A DNA stretch of 64,000 nt from Octopus vulgaris. Its lineage: Eukaryota. Positions 28,751 through 41,710 of this stretch are shown here, one piece after another (the first letter of the stretch is position 1; each line of letters begins with the position of its first letter). The position numbers and the translations under genes are program-made. Below the pieces are notes generated by a model that worked only from the letters and a program-made list of their open reading frames with translations, did not search any database and was not told the origin of the DNA. The DNA lies in assembly GCA_951406725.2 (NCBI GenBank), contig OX597819.1:112716001-112780000 (forward strand), in the 5' to 3' direction.

Positions 28751-29401
28751 TGCTGTCACTCTTGTTGTTATTTTTTGTGTTGGCTTAACTTAAACCTTGT
28801 TTAGTTCTCTGAAATATTGTATGTACTTCTTTAAATATAGATTTCACAGCTGGATACTAGTATTTTGTAATAGCTAACATCTAGTACTCATTTGTTTTTC
28901 GAGGGATTGGGTGTGATTTTTTTTGGTTTGGTTGTTTTCTCTCTACACCCCCAAAATTTCATTCTTACAACAGACAAGTTTCCTGTCCAGTGGCAGCAAA
29001 AAAATATATTTATTTATTTATCCCAAATCTGCTTTATAACACGAAACTGGCATTTAGCATTTTACAGCATGCCTTAGGTGCAGTAATGCTTGTGTGGGGT
29101 TAACAAGTTCATTTCATTATTATTTGGTTTTGTGTTCAGTTTCATTGTATGGTACCTTGAGCAAGTGGTTTTTATTATGGCCCCAGGTCAACAAAAACCT
29201 TGTGAGAAGATTTCATAGTCAGAAACTAAAAGAAGCATGTTGTGTGTATGTACACCCCCCCACACACATATATATATATATGTATGCATGCATGTATGTA
29301 TGTATGTATGTATGTATGTATGTATGTATGTATGTATGTATGTATGTATGTATGTATATATGTGTGTGTGTGTGCATGTATATATACATACATACATACA
29401 T

Positions 29402-29434
<33 letters not shown>

Positions 29435-29948
29435 AATATAGACACAGTGGTGGACATGGTTCTGCTAATCTGTTTTATTAGCATTTCTGCACTCTGGACG
29501 GGATGATCTTGGCCTTCCCTAAACAGTTGGAGTATCATACAAGGTATTTATAAATTAAAATTATATAAGATTATTAAATTATTAGTATGGCGTACTTCAT
29601 ATTTTCTTAATTAATGTAATAAAATGTATAATAACTAATTGAAATAAACTTCATAATATATAATGTATGGTAGATATATCATCATCATCATCATCATCGT
29701 CGTTTAGCGTCCGTTTTCCATGCTAGCATGGGTTGGACAGTTCTACTGGGGTCTGTGAAGCCAGAAGGCTTCATCAGGCCCAGTCAAATCTGGCAGTGTT
29801 TCTACGGCTGGATGCCCTTCCTAATGCCAACCACTCCGTGAGTGTAGTGGGTGCTTTTTACATGCCACCCGCACAGGTGCCAGACAGAGCTGGCAAACGG
29901 CCACGAATGGATGGTGCTTTTTATATATACATATATATATATATATAC

Positions 29949-29991
<43 letters not shown>

Positions 29992-32226
29992 GGAAAAATT
30001 GTACAATAATTTTTCTCTGATTTTACTCATTCTCAAAATTGATGGACATATAGTGGTATGTAAGCTGACTCAAGAAATCTCTAGTGAGACTTTTTATTTA
30101 TGTACCTGAAGAGACCCAGAATGTGTTGTACCCAATAAAGTCTATTATCTCCTATTTTATTAATACTATATATATATATATATATTCCAATTATGATTAA
30201 GTTTGCACAGCCAGAACAGCAATCTTTAATGAAATAACAAATATATGAACCTTGAGTTCTGAACTTATCAAATTCCAACCATCATTCCATCCCACATCTT
30301 GGTTACTCATCACCCCCAACAGTGTCACTATTTTCAAAAGTTTAACAAGAAGGCTTTAAATTATAAGCAATATTTCCATGAGTTTAGAACAGCCTAGTAA
30401 CAAATGTTAAACTACAATCTGTGTGATTTTTATAAACAAAATATTGTTATAATATACTATGATTAAATGTCCTGCCTCCTTCCTATCTGCGAAAAATTGT
30501 ACAAACCACTTGCTCATAAAAACTATTGCAGCTTGCATGGAGAGGTTAGTTTTTTTTTGTTTTTTGATAGGCCTTGATCATATTCTGCGTCAGTTTATAT
30601 ATAGTGACAGTGAATTATTCCTTTATTGGTTTTAAATTGCTGCAAGCCACCTAGATTATTTTAAAATTTTCACATTGCCATTTTGTGAAATCAGTCACTG
30701 GTTCCAATGATATTATCCATAATATTGACAGGGTGAGTTGGCCTCTAGCAGCTGTGATGGAGTGAGCATTACTGATGAGCATTACTTTCCTATATAAAAT
30801 GCTAATACTGGCGTTTTTGTTATGTATTTGTCTGAATACTTTTTATCATACCTAATGCACCTACTATGATAGGAATTGTTTCTGTTTTTAGACTCCACAT
30901 TTGAGTTACCTCTCATTATTATCATTATCATCATCATTATCATTATCATCATCATTCTTCTTCTTCTTCTTCTTATTATTATTATTATTATTATTAAGGT
31001 GGTGAGCTGGCTGAATAGTTAGCATGCTGGGCAAAATGCTTAGCAGCATTTCGTCCATCGCTATGTTCTGAGTTCAAATTCTGCCACGGTCAACTTTAAC
31101 TTTCGTCCTTTCAGGGTTGATAAATTAAGTACCAATGAAACACTGGGGTTGATGTAATCAATTACACCCCACCCCAAAAACATTTCAGGCCTTGTGCCTT
31201 TAATAGAAAGGATTATTATTGTTGTTGTTGTTGTTGTTGTTATGTATAAAAGAAATTATCATTATGTTAGAAAAGAATTAGTGTTATCTTTATTTGTCCA
31301 AATATGTAGATTCTGCTTAGATTTTCTCATTCTTTTAGCAGGGGCCAAAATTCAAGACTTCAGCATATTCAAAAATTAGGTTTAGCAAAGATTTTGGATA
31401 TTCAACAGATGTGCAGATGGGTGAGATGATAACACAGCATTCCAGTTCATCTCAACCAATACAGGCCTTTTTAAGGATATTTAAAGTTTTATTGTTTGAA
31501 ATATACCAGAACATGTGGACAGATGGAAGTGTAGAGTTGATGGTGGTGGTTGTGATGGTGGTGGTGGTAGTGGTGGTGATAGTGGTGGTGGTGGTGGTGG
31601 TGGTGGTGGTGGTGGTAGCGTTGTTGATGCTGTTGCTTTTAGTGGGGGTGATGGTGGTGGTAGTAATGGTAGCGGTGCTGTTGTTGATGTTGTTGTTGGT
31701 GTTCATGGTGGTGGGGATGGCAATGGTGGGGGTGTGGTCGTGGCGGCGGCGGCGGTGGTGAAAATGGCAATAAATATTCAGGATTTCTGCAATTTAATCA
31801 AGTTTCTTCTGTTTATTTCTGTATTTCATTTTTTTTTTTAAAAAACAAAACAAACAAACAAAAGAAATACAAAAATAAACGGAAGAAAACAAGATGGGAA
31901 TCTAAATTCTGTATAAGTAGATTGGTATGAAGAATTATGATAGATTAAAGAAATTAAAGAAAAAAGATAGATAGAGGCATCTGACTTGTCTTTGGAAACG
32001 GCCGTTCCTCAAGCAAATGATGATTTTTGATGAGAATAAAAAGAGATTTTGCTGACATGTAAGATTTTCATCAAGTTGGAAACTCACTAGCCTCCATATA
32101 AATATGTATGTGTGTGTGTAGGGGGGTGTATATGTGTGTATGCATGTATGTGTGTGCATTTATATATATATATGTATATATATATATGTATATATATATG
32201 TATATGTATATGTATATATGTATATA

Positions 32227-32292
<66 letters not shown>

Positions 32293-33419
32293 TATGAAAG
32301 AAGGTTTGAAAATGCAATGGTCAACCAAAATGGTTGATCATTAGTAAGGAGAGACACACAAATAAGAAAGAAAAAAGCAAAGGACCACTGATGAGGTCAC
32401 AGAAGTGTGACAAAAGAACTCTGACTGAAATAAGATTAAGATTAATGTAAAAAATAAATACAGCTGAAGCAAATTAACACCAAATGTAGAGTGCGTGTAT
32501 TTTTATTGGCTAAACTGGCAACATGACCATTCCTAAATACAGCAATATCTGTTTCAACACATGATTTCACATCAAGAATCTTGCAAAACAAATATATATA
32601 TATAGTCTTTTATTCTTTTACTTGTTTTAGTCATTTGACTGTGGCGATGCTGGAGCACCACCTTTAGTCAAACAAATTGACTCCAGGACTTATTCTTTGT
32701 AAGCCTAGTGCCTATTCAAATTGCTAAGTTACGGGGACATAAACACACCAACATTGGTTGTCAAGTGATGGTGTACATACATACATATATATACACACTC
32801 ACACAAATACATACATAACACATACATTATATATATATATATCTATATATAGAGACAACAGGCTTCTGTGAGTTTCCATCTACCAAATCCACCCACAAAG
32901 CCTTGGCCAGCCCAAGGCTGTAGTAGAAGACACTTGCCCAAAGTGGCACATGGAGAGACTGAACCCAGAACCATGTGGTCGGTAAGCAAACTTCTTAACA
33001 CAGCCACTTCTGGGTTAAGGTTCACTACAGCTGTTTTGAGATGTGATTTTTTTTATTGATAAATAGACTGAGTAAATCATGAAAAAACATCTTTTTCAGG
33101 TGAACTAAAAAATTAAAAACTTAAAATTTTCAATTTGGTTCAGAAAGAATACCAAGGTATGCAATGTGTGTTGACCCTTTTATTTTGGCAGCAAATATGA
33201 ATACACACATACAAACATACATAAATAAAAATCTGTAAAACTTTCCAGTTTATCATTTAAATATATATGAACACGTCCAGACATTCAGCTATGTGCATGA
33301 GAATACATACATAAAACATACAAATCTGCATATACATACATACAAAAATACCCCTGTTGATGATGTTGAAATTCCAATGAAGGAACCTTGGATCTAGGTT
33401 AGAAACCAGTTCTTTCTCT

Positions 33420-33837
33420 ATACTCTTTACTCTTTTACTCTTTTACTTGTTTCAGTCATTTGACTGTGGCACCACCTTTAGTCGAGCAAATTGACCCCAG
33501 GACTTATTCTTTGTAAGCCTAGTACTTATTCTATTGGTCTCTTTTGCCGAACTGCTAAGTTACGGGAATGTAAATACACCAACATCAGTTGTCAAGTGAT
33601 GTTGGGGGGGGGGACAAACACAGACACACAAATGTATACACACATACATATATATATATATAAATACATATATACGATGGGCTTCTTTCAGTTTCCGTAT
33701 ACCAAATCAACTCACAAGGCTTTGGTCGGCCCGAGGCTATAGTAGAAGACACTTGCTCAAGGTGCCATGCAGCGGGACTGAACCCGGAACCATGTGGTTG
33801 GTAAGCAAGCTACTTACCACACAGCCACTCCTACGCC
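33420..33837 (-). mobile_element. SINE family A (another copy at 32605-33010)
   Basis: Reverse complement of the 298-690 module. Confidence 0.85.
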
Positions 33838-34164
33838 TATCAAGAAATCTTGAAATAAACTGAATAATGACATACATACATGTATGCCTGTATGTCTGTA
33901 TGTGTGGGTGTGTATGTGTTTGTATCACTTTGTTTTGATATCATATATAATAACTATAAACAAGCATCACCCTCATACATGCAGTGTTGTTCATTTCTAA
34001 CTTTCTTTGAAATACATGCCTCGCCTTGGGGTGGTTGGAGGAAGGGTCATAGAAAATATCTGCCTCCACAAATTTCGTCTGAAGTATGTAAGCATGGAAA
34101 AGTGGATATTAAAACAATGGTGGGGGAGAAGGGCAAAGAAAGGTGGGAAGAAGGAGAGATGTGA

Positions 34165-34515
34165 TGAGGAAGGAGAAAGAGGAGGAAGAAGGAAAAGAAG
34201 AAGAAGGAGAAGAAGGAGGAGGAGGAGGAGGAGAAGAAAAAGAAGAACAGGGAGGGGAAGGAGGAGAAGAAGAAGAAAAGGGAGGGGAAGGAGGAAAAGA
34301 AGAAGAAAAAGAAGAAGAAGAAGAAAAGAAGAAGAAGAAGAAGAAAAAGAAGAAGAAGAAGAAGAAGAAGAAGAAGAAGAAGAAGAAGATGAGGGAGGAG
34401 GAGGAGGAGAAGGAGAAGAAGTAGAAGAAGAAGAAGAAGAAGAAGAAAAGAAGAAGAAGAAGAAAAGAAGAAGAAGACGAAGACGAGAAAGTAAGAGGAA
34501 AGGAAAGAAAAGAGA
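34165..34515. repeat. (GAA/GGA)n polypurine tract
   Basis: Direct reading. Confidence 0.95.
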
Positions 34516-36075
34516 AGATGACACCTTTGACCAATAAGATATCTATTTAAACACGGCTGACCTGCAGTTAAACGAGGACAACAATACAAACTAACACCTT
34601 CTCGTTACAAACAGTTTTCTCTTCAAGTTAATGTGTGAAACTTTCATAACGTCTGTTGAAACTGTCCCAACTTATATATATTTAAATAGCTCTTATTTCT
34701 GATTCATTTCCTTCTTTTCTTTCTTTCTTTCTTTCTTTCTTTCTTTTTTAGCTTCCACTCCTTCGTGTCTCTTTTTATGTCTTTGTTATATTTGACATAT
34801 AAATCGGTCAGTAAATTGCTGTTGGCACAGGTATTAGCAAAAAAAAAAAGAAACTTATTAAATTACCTGGAAATTTAAAACAATAAACCCGACAGCTACA
34901 GGTTAGAAGAATGTTTATGAATGCCATGGACAGACAGAGATCTATATTTAAATATATGAGTCTATACATATTTATGTGTGTGTATATTTATAGATATGTG
35001 TGTATGTGTGTGTGTCTATATATATATATATATATTAATAAATAAAACATATGCATATATATATACATATATGTACGCACCTACCTCTACATGTATATCA
35101 TCATCATCATCATCATCGTTTAACGTCCGTTCTCCATGCTAGCATGGGTTGGACGGTTCGACCGGGGTTCTGGGAAGCCAGAAGGCTGCACCAGGCTCGT
35201 CTAATCTGGCAATGTTTCTACAGCTGGATGCCCTTCCTAACGCCAACCACTCCGTGAGTGTAGTGGGTGCTTTTTACGTGCCACCTGCACAGGTGCCAGG
35301 CGGGGCTGGCAACGGCCACGGTCAGATTGGTGTATTTTATGTGCCACCGGCACGGAAGCCAGTCGAGGCGGTGCTGGCATCGGCCACGAGTCGGATAGTG
35401 CTTTTTACGTACCACCAGACCAGGGATCCTGGCTGGTTCAATTCGATTTCGATTTCGCTTGCCCCAACATGTCTTCACAAGCAAAGGGGGTTGGCATGGG
35501 TGCCTGCCGTATGGTCGCATTGGAGTATTTTACGTGCCACGGCCACGAGTCGGATAGTGCTTTTTACGTACCACCAGACCAGGGATCCTGGCTGGTTCAA
35601 TTCGATTTCGATTTCGCTTGCCCCAACATGTCTTCACAAGCAAAGGGGGTTTAATTAATTAATTTAATTGATAAATTTGACCCTTTATAATATATATACA
35701 TATATATATATCTGTACTCATATATACACGCATATATGAGTACAGATATATATATATATATATATATTATAAAGGGTCAAATTTATCAATTAAATTAATT
35801 AATTAATCAATCAATTAATTAATAATTTTACCAAGTAGATCGCTACATTAAAATAACCTTTATAGGTAAAATTATACAAATATCTTATTATAATTAGAGG
35901 GCAATAATTATAACATAATTATAATTAGTGTTCAGCTAATTGCTTCACCACATACCGAATTTAGAAACAGGAGTTAAAAATTCCTTTTCTGTAGAAGAAA
36001 AAGAATTTTTATCTTCTATTTCTAAATTTGGTATGTGGTGAAGCAATTAGCTGAACTCTAATTATAATTATAATT

Positions 36076-36484
36076 ATGGCTTCAAAACGAAAGGTGTTCT
36101 TCCATCAGGATAATGCTCAGCCACCTACAGTGGGGATGACATTCCAAAGGTTGGAGCAGTTTGAATGGGAAACGATGCCCCACCAACCATATTCGTTGGA
36201 CATTGCCCCATCTGATTATCATTTATTCTGCAGTCTTCAAAATCATTTGGATGGTAAAAATATGAATTCTGTAGGCAAGGTCAGAACAGTACTGGAGGAA
36301 TATTTTCCATTACGGACAAGGGAATTTTGGAAGAGGAGCCTTGCAAGTCTACCAAATAGATGGAAGAGCATTGTAGAAAATGAAGGAAATTATATTTTAG
36401 ATTAAAAAAGAACTTTGTTTATCTTGATTTTGAAAAATAAAAGAAGTATAAAAAACCTGGATTATTTATGGGATGACCCAATAT
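36076..36484 (+). mobile_element. mariner (DD34D) transposase 3' fragment with right TIR
   Basis: HQDNAQP...YSLDIAPSDYHLF with exactly 34 residues between the two Asp, ending RWKSIVENEGNY. The putative TIR ATTATTTATGGGATGACCCAA is followed by TA. Confidence 0.85.
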
Positions 36485-37220
36485 ATGGTTCAACTTTACA
36501 GAAAACAAGAGACAAAGACAGCGAGGGGACAATAAGCAGGTGTATTAGTTTGGTGCTCAGAAAGAATGGAAAAGTTTTTGTTGTTTTGAGTTTATGCTCT
36601 TCAAAAGAAAGGGATGAGAGGAAAAGAATCGAGAGAACAGGCACAACTGTGTGGTAAGAAGCTTACTTCCTAACCACATGGTTCTAGGTTCAGTCCCACT
36701 GCATTGCACCTTGGGCAAGTGTCTTCTACAATAGTTTTGGGCCAACCAAAGACTTGTGAGTGGATTTGGCTGAAACAAGCCCTTCATACATGTGTGTGTA
36801 TCTATATATATAAAATATATAAATTAGAGAGAAAAACCACTATTATGCAATTCAAACAATGATAGACATAAACCAAATCATAAATAAAAAATAAAATATA
36901 TTTTAAAACAAATAACTAGATCACAAAAAGTACAAAGATGAATAAACAAAATATATTTTATTTTATTACTTATAATATTTTACTTATATTTTGTTTATTC
37001 ATCTTTGTACTTTTTGTCATCTAGTTATTTGTTTTAAAATATATTTATTTTTTATTTATGATTAGGTTTATGTCTATCATTGTTTGAATTGCATAATAGT
37101 GGTTTTTCTCAAATCTATATATTTTATATATTTATATTGTGAAATTTGATTTAATACTAAATTGAATTTTTCCCTGTAAGTTTGGACTTATACTCCTTAT
37201 TTTTATTATTTTTATTTTTA

Positions 37221-37272
<52 letters not shown>

Positions 37273-37283
37273 CATTATTATTA

Positions 37284-37332
<49 letters not shown>

Positions 37333-37510
37333 CTTTTTTTTTTCTTCTTTCAAATTTGCTTCCATTTCTTACCAAGTGTCTTCCCGACTCCTAGGGCAAA
37401 GAAACTCATTGGTAGGCCATTAAACTAAACTCACTAGTTCGTTCATTTTTTTTTTTAAGTTAAATTAAAATACATGGGTAGTAATAGTTCTTTATTATTA
37501 TTTTATAATA

Positions 37511-37578
<68 letters not shown>

Positions 37579-38972
37579 GTGTATATATATATACATATAT
37601 ATATATAGTGAGGGGAGCAGCAAAGGGACAAAGAAATAGGACCATGACAGGGATGAATGGGGAGACAGATAAATATTCAATGAGTTCTAAAATACAAACA
37701 AAAATAGAATAAACAAACAAATATATAAGAAATAGTTGGCAAAGAAAATGGAAAAATTAAACTGGTTTTAACTGGTTTTCTTGCTTAATATTTATTCTTC
37801 ATTTCTTAGTTTTGTTTGAGGTCAATGAATTTTAAGTTACAAATGCATTTGATAATTTCTTGTCACTGTTGCTTTCGTTGTTGTTTGATTCTGGGTAAAC
37901 CCAAGTCAGGCAAACCTATAATTAAAAGTATTCCACCCATGACCTTACTATTTACTTTTACTTAGGTTATGGAGTACATTGTGGAGACACATAGCTTAGT
38001 GGTAAAGATATTGGACTCATTATCATAAGATTGTGGTTTCGATTTCTGGACTAGGCAATATGTTGTGTTCTTGGGTAAAACACTTCATTTCGCAATGCCC
38101 CAGTTTGCTCAGCTGATAAAAAGAGGTAATCCTGAAATGGAAATGGACAGGAGTGGCTCTGTGGTAAGTAGCTTGCTTACCAACCACATGGTTCCGGGTT
38201 CAATCCTACTGCGTGGCACCTTGGGCAGGCCAACCAAAGCCTTGTGAATCTGAAAGAAGCCTATCATATATGTGCGTGTGTGTGTGTGTGTGTGTTTGTG
38301 TGTCTGTGTTTATCACCCCAACATCGCTTGACAACCGATGCAGGTGTGTTTATGTTCAGCAAAAGAGACCAATAGAATAAGTACTAGGCTTATAAAGATT
38401 AAGTCCTGGAGTTGATTTGCTCGACTAAAAGGCAGTGCTCCAGCATGGCCACAGTCAAATGACTGAAACAAGTAAGAGAGTAAAAGAGTAAAGGAGTCCA
38501 TTTTCCATGCTGGCATGGGTTGGATGGTTTTACAGGAGCTGACCAACTGAAGGGCTGTTCGGGCTCCATGTCTGTTTTGGCATGGTTTCTACGGCTGGAT
38601 GCCCTTCCTAATGCCAACCACTTTACAGAGTGTACTGGATGCTTTTACACAGCACAGGTAAGGGTGATTTTTGCGTGGCACCAGTACTTACAATCCCGCA
38701 AGATTAGGGATTCTCAGCTGGAGAGGGTTGCAAGGGATGAGCCTGTATGCAAGGGCAACCAAATTTTTACTTTGCTTGACATGTCCTTTCAAGCACAGCA
38801 AACCTACAGGAATTTCGGTCTCCTGTCATTCTCTCTGTGAGTCCCAGCATTTGTAAATCCTTTCTCAGCCCTTTGTCCCAAAGTTCCTATATCACCATTA
38901 TGTCAACATATTCCCATTATATTCCCATTATTGCCATTATATTATCATCATATTACAATTATATTAGCATTA

Positions 38973-39011
<39 letters not shown>

Positions 39012-39059
39012 AGAATCATTATACTATTATTATTATATTTACATTATATTACCAATATT

Positions 39060-39430
39060 TTCTTATTATATTACCATTATATAGACATCTCTGGAACAAC
39101 CCTCAGGTGAGATGGCAAGACACTCAAAGCCTTGAAGGAATAGGTCAATCTGCAACCTATGAAAACCCAGATCAAGAGGATGAAATAGGGTCAGCTGACA
39201 CAGACCTCAGTAACCTATTTCCAAAATTATGAAGCAAACCTTCTGATAGACAACCCAAGAGAGATAGAAGCATGGCAAACCAAAAACAACATTGAGAAGG
39301 TCTATAGAAACTGAAGTAATGTTAGGCAGCTACACCTGAGGAGAACTGTAATCCATTGCCAAAGAGCAAAGTGAATAGAGATGTCTTAGCTGTGTTCTAT
39401 GCTCTACAAGGAATCAAAGGAATTAAGAAG
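39060..39430 (+). mobile_element. decayed LINE 3' fragment (RTE-like)
   Basis: Weak similarity to RTE C-terminal motifs (VRWQD, QIKRMK, WQTKNN). Heavily decayed. Confidence 0.4.
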
Positions 39431-39839
39431 AGGAATATTCTTTTCTACTGTAGGCACAAGGCCCAAAATTTTGGGGGAAGGGGACAGTCAATTAGACTGT
39501 CCCCAGTATGCAACTGGTACTTGATTTATTGACCCCGAAAGGATGAAAGGCAAAGTTGACCTCAGCGGAATTTGAACTCACAAAGTAAAGACAGACAAAA
39601 TACTGCTAAGCATTTCGCCCAACTTGCTAACATTTCTGCCAGCGCACAGTCTTTAAGAAGAAGAATATTGGTTTCAAATTTTAGCACATGGCCAAGAAGT
39701 TCAGGAGAGTGGGGCAAGTTGATTACATTGACTCCAGTGCTTGACAAGTACTTATTTTATCAGCCCTGAAAGGATGAAAGGCAAAGTTGACCTCAGTGGA
39801 ATTGTGAAGAAGAAAAAGAATATTAGTATTCGTTATCAT

Positions 39840-40265
39840 TATACTCTTTTACTCTTTACTCTCTTTACTCTTTTACTTGTTTCAGTCATTTGACTGCGGC
39901 CATGCTGGAGCACCACCTTTAGTCGAGCAACTCGACCCCGGGACTTATTCTTTGTAAGCCCAGTACTTATTCCATCGATCTCTTTTGCCGAACCGTTAAG
40001 TGACGGGGACGTAAACACACCAGCATCGGTTGTCAAGCAATGCTAGAGGGACAAACACAGACACACAAACACACACATACATATACATATATATACATAT
40101 ATACGACGGGCTTCTTTCAGTTTCCGTCTACCAAATCCACTCACAAGGCTTTGGTCGGCCCGGGGCTATAGCAGAAGACACTTGCCCAAGATGCCATGCA
40201 GTGGGACTGAACCCGGAACCATGTGGTTGGTTAGCAAGCTACTTACCACACATCCACTCCTGCAC
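39840..40265 (-). mobile_element. SINE family A, young full-length copy about 35 bp from the exon donor
   Basis: High similarity to 298-690, with CpGs retained. Confidence 0.88.
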
Positions 40266-40300
40266 CATCATTAAAAAAACAATAAAATCAAACCACTCAC

Positions 40301-40954
40301 CTGATCGTCTGAAAATATTCCATTTCTTATTCTGCTTCCTTCTCCTAAAAATCCTTCTCCGTAAACTTCCATTCTGTTTCTCTGGAGTTAGGCTAGAAGG
40401 CTGTTTATTTTTTATGCTCAAAGTTTCGTACAAATTCTCTGTCTGAATACTAACAACATCATTATCCAACAGTGGCTGTAAACTTAATGCTTCTCCAGAA
40501 GTATTGTAAAAACCTTTGCCATCGTAATCATAATCTGAATTTGTGTTCTGCACACCTGTAGTATTCAGACAAGCGCTTTCACTTTGGCTATGTTTCAGAG
40601 GAGGTGATGTGTATAGTTGTCTGTCACAGAGAATTGGTACTGCATAAATGCCTTCTTCCTCCTGATCGGCTGTTTCATATTCAGTCTGAACACTGGTGAA
40701 ACATTCTGGAGGCTGTGAATCAATGTTATCATTATCAGAAAAGCCTGCTAAAGCCAGTGAACCAGGATCTTCATAGGAATTAGAAAGAGCGGCATCACAA
40801 AGAGCGTTACATTCTTGATAACGAGCAGGGATGCTGTCATATAAATCCATGTCATGCCACTCTGTTAGGGAAGGATTTTTGGAAGCTGAAGCAGAATCAA
40901 CTGAAACTGTGTCACCATTTTCCTCCATGTTTGCATCACTATTCTTCTTGTGTT
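40301..40954 (-). CDS. large coding exon of an unidentified host gene: acidic, Ser-rich, tyrosine-motif-rich region ending in a polybasic stretch
   Basis: 654 nt (218 codons) of non-repetitive open frame with a strong donor CAG|GTGAGT at 40301/40300. The possible acceptor TTCAAAG| at 40955 gives phase 1-1. Motifs include LYDSI, SYEDP, EYETA, IYAVP, ENLYETL and RRRIFRRRKQNKK. Confidence 0.75.
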
Positions 40955-40961
40955 CTTTGAA

Positions 40962-41068
40962 TCAAATGAATGACATTAACAGAGACAAGAATGGTAAGAG
41001 TAGTAGAATCAGTTTCTGGTGGCAACCCATGTTTTTTATGTAGTTTTGGGTTGGTTTTGGTTTGTTTT
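40962..41068 (-). CDS. candidate terminal coding segment resembling a GPI-anchor signal (ENKPKPTQNYIKNMGCHQKLILLLLPFLSLLMSFI*)
   Basis: Strong acceptor TTTTTATTTACCAG| at 41069. The phase-1 frame gives a small-residue site, spacer and 16-aa hydrophobic tail, then TGA at 40964-40962. This is the same frame as the downstream 218 codons. Confidence 0.55.
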
Positions 41069-41119
41069 CTGGTAAATAAAAATAAAGAATAAAATCATTA
41101 AAAAATTTAATAAGAATAC

Positions 41120-41664
41120 AAGTGCAAGCATGGCTGTATGGTTAAGAAACTGGCTTTGCAACCATGTGATTTTAGGTTCAATTCCAACAGTGCAGCACCT
41201 TGGGCAAGAGTCTACAACTATAGTCCCAGACTAACTAGCACCTCGTGAGTGAATTTGGTAAATGGAAGCAGAGTGTAAATCCATCATATCTATATCTGTC
41301 TATATAATATATATATCATTACTTAAAATATTTCAGTTTGATTTGGCATGGGGCTGGACCAAACTGTTTTAAATTATAATCAGTATAATTCCTATTAAAT
41401 GTGTTGCCTCTTTTGTTTGTCCACTCGCTCATGTGTTTATATACATAGGTATGTCATTCTCTCTTTTACTCTTTTACCTGTTTCAGTCATTTGACTGTGG
41501 CCATGCTGGAGCACCGCCTTTAGTCAAGCAAATCAACCCCAGGACTTATTTTTTGTAAGCCTAGTACTTAATCTATCGGTCTCTTTTGCTGAACTGCTAA
41601 GTTACGGGAATGTAAACACACCAGCATCAGCTGTCAAGCAATGTTGGGGCGGGGGCAAACACAG

Positions 41665-41710
<46 letters not shown>

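Noticed and set aside
30693-30737. plus-strand micro-exon ending AGG|GTGAGT
   Set aside because: It is short and isolated, with no supporting plus-strand gene structure.
32388-32440. hammerhead CTGATGA-GGTCA...TGACT-GAAA
   Set aside because: The core and stem II are present, but there is no convincing stem I or III, so it is not annotated.
33997-34589. Arg/Glu/Lys-rich ORFs on both strands
   Set aside because: The (GAA)n repeat is open in most frames. The same applies at 28324-28804.
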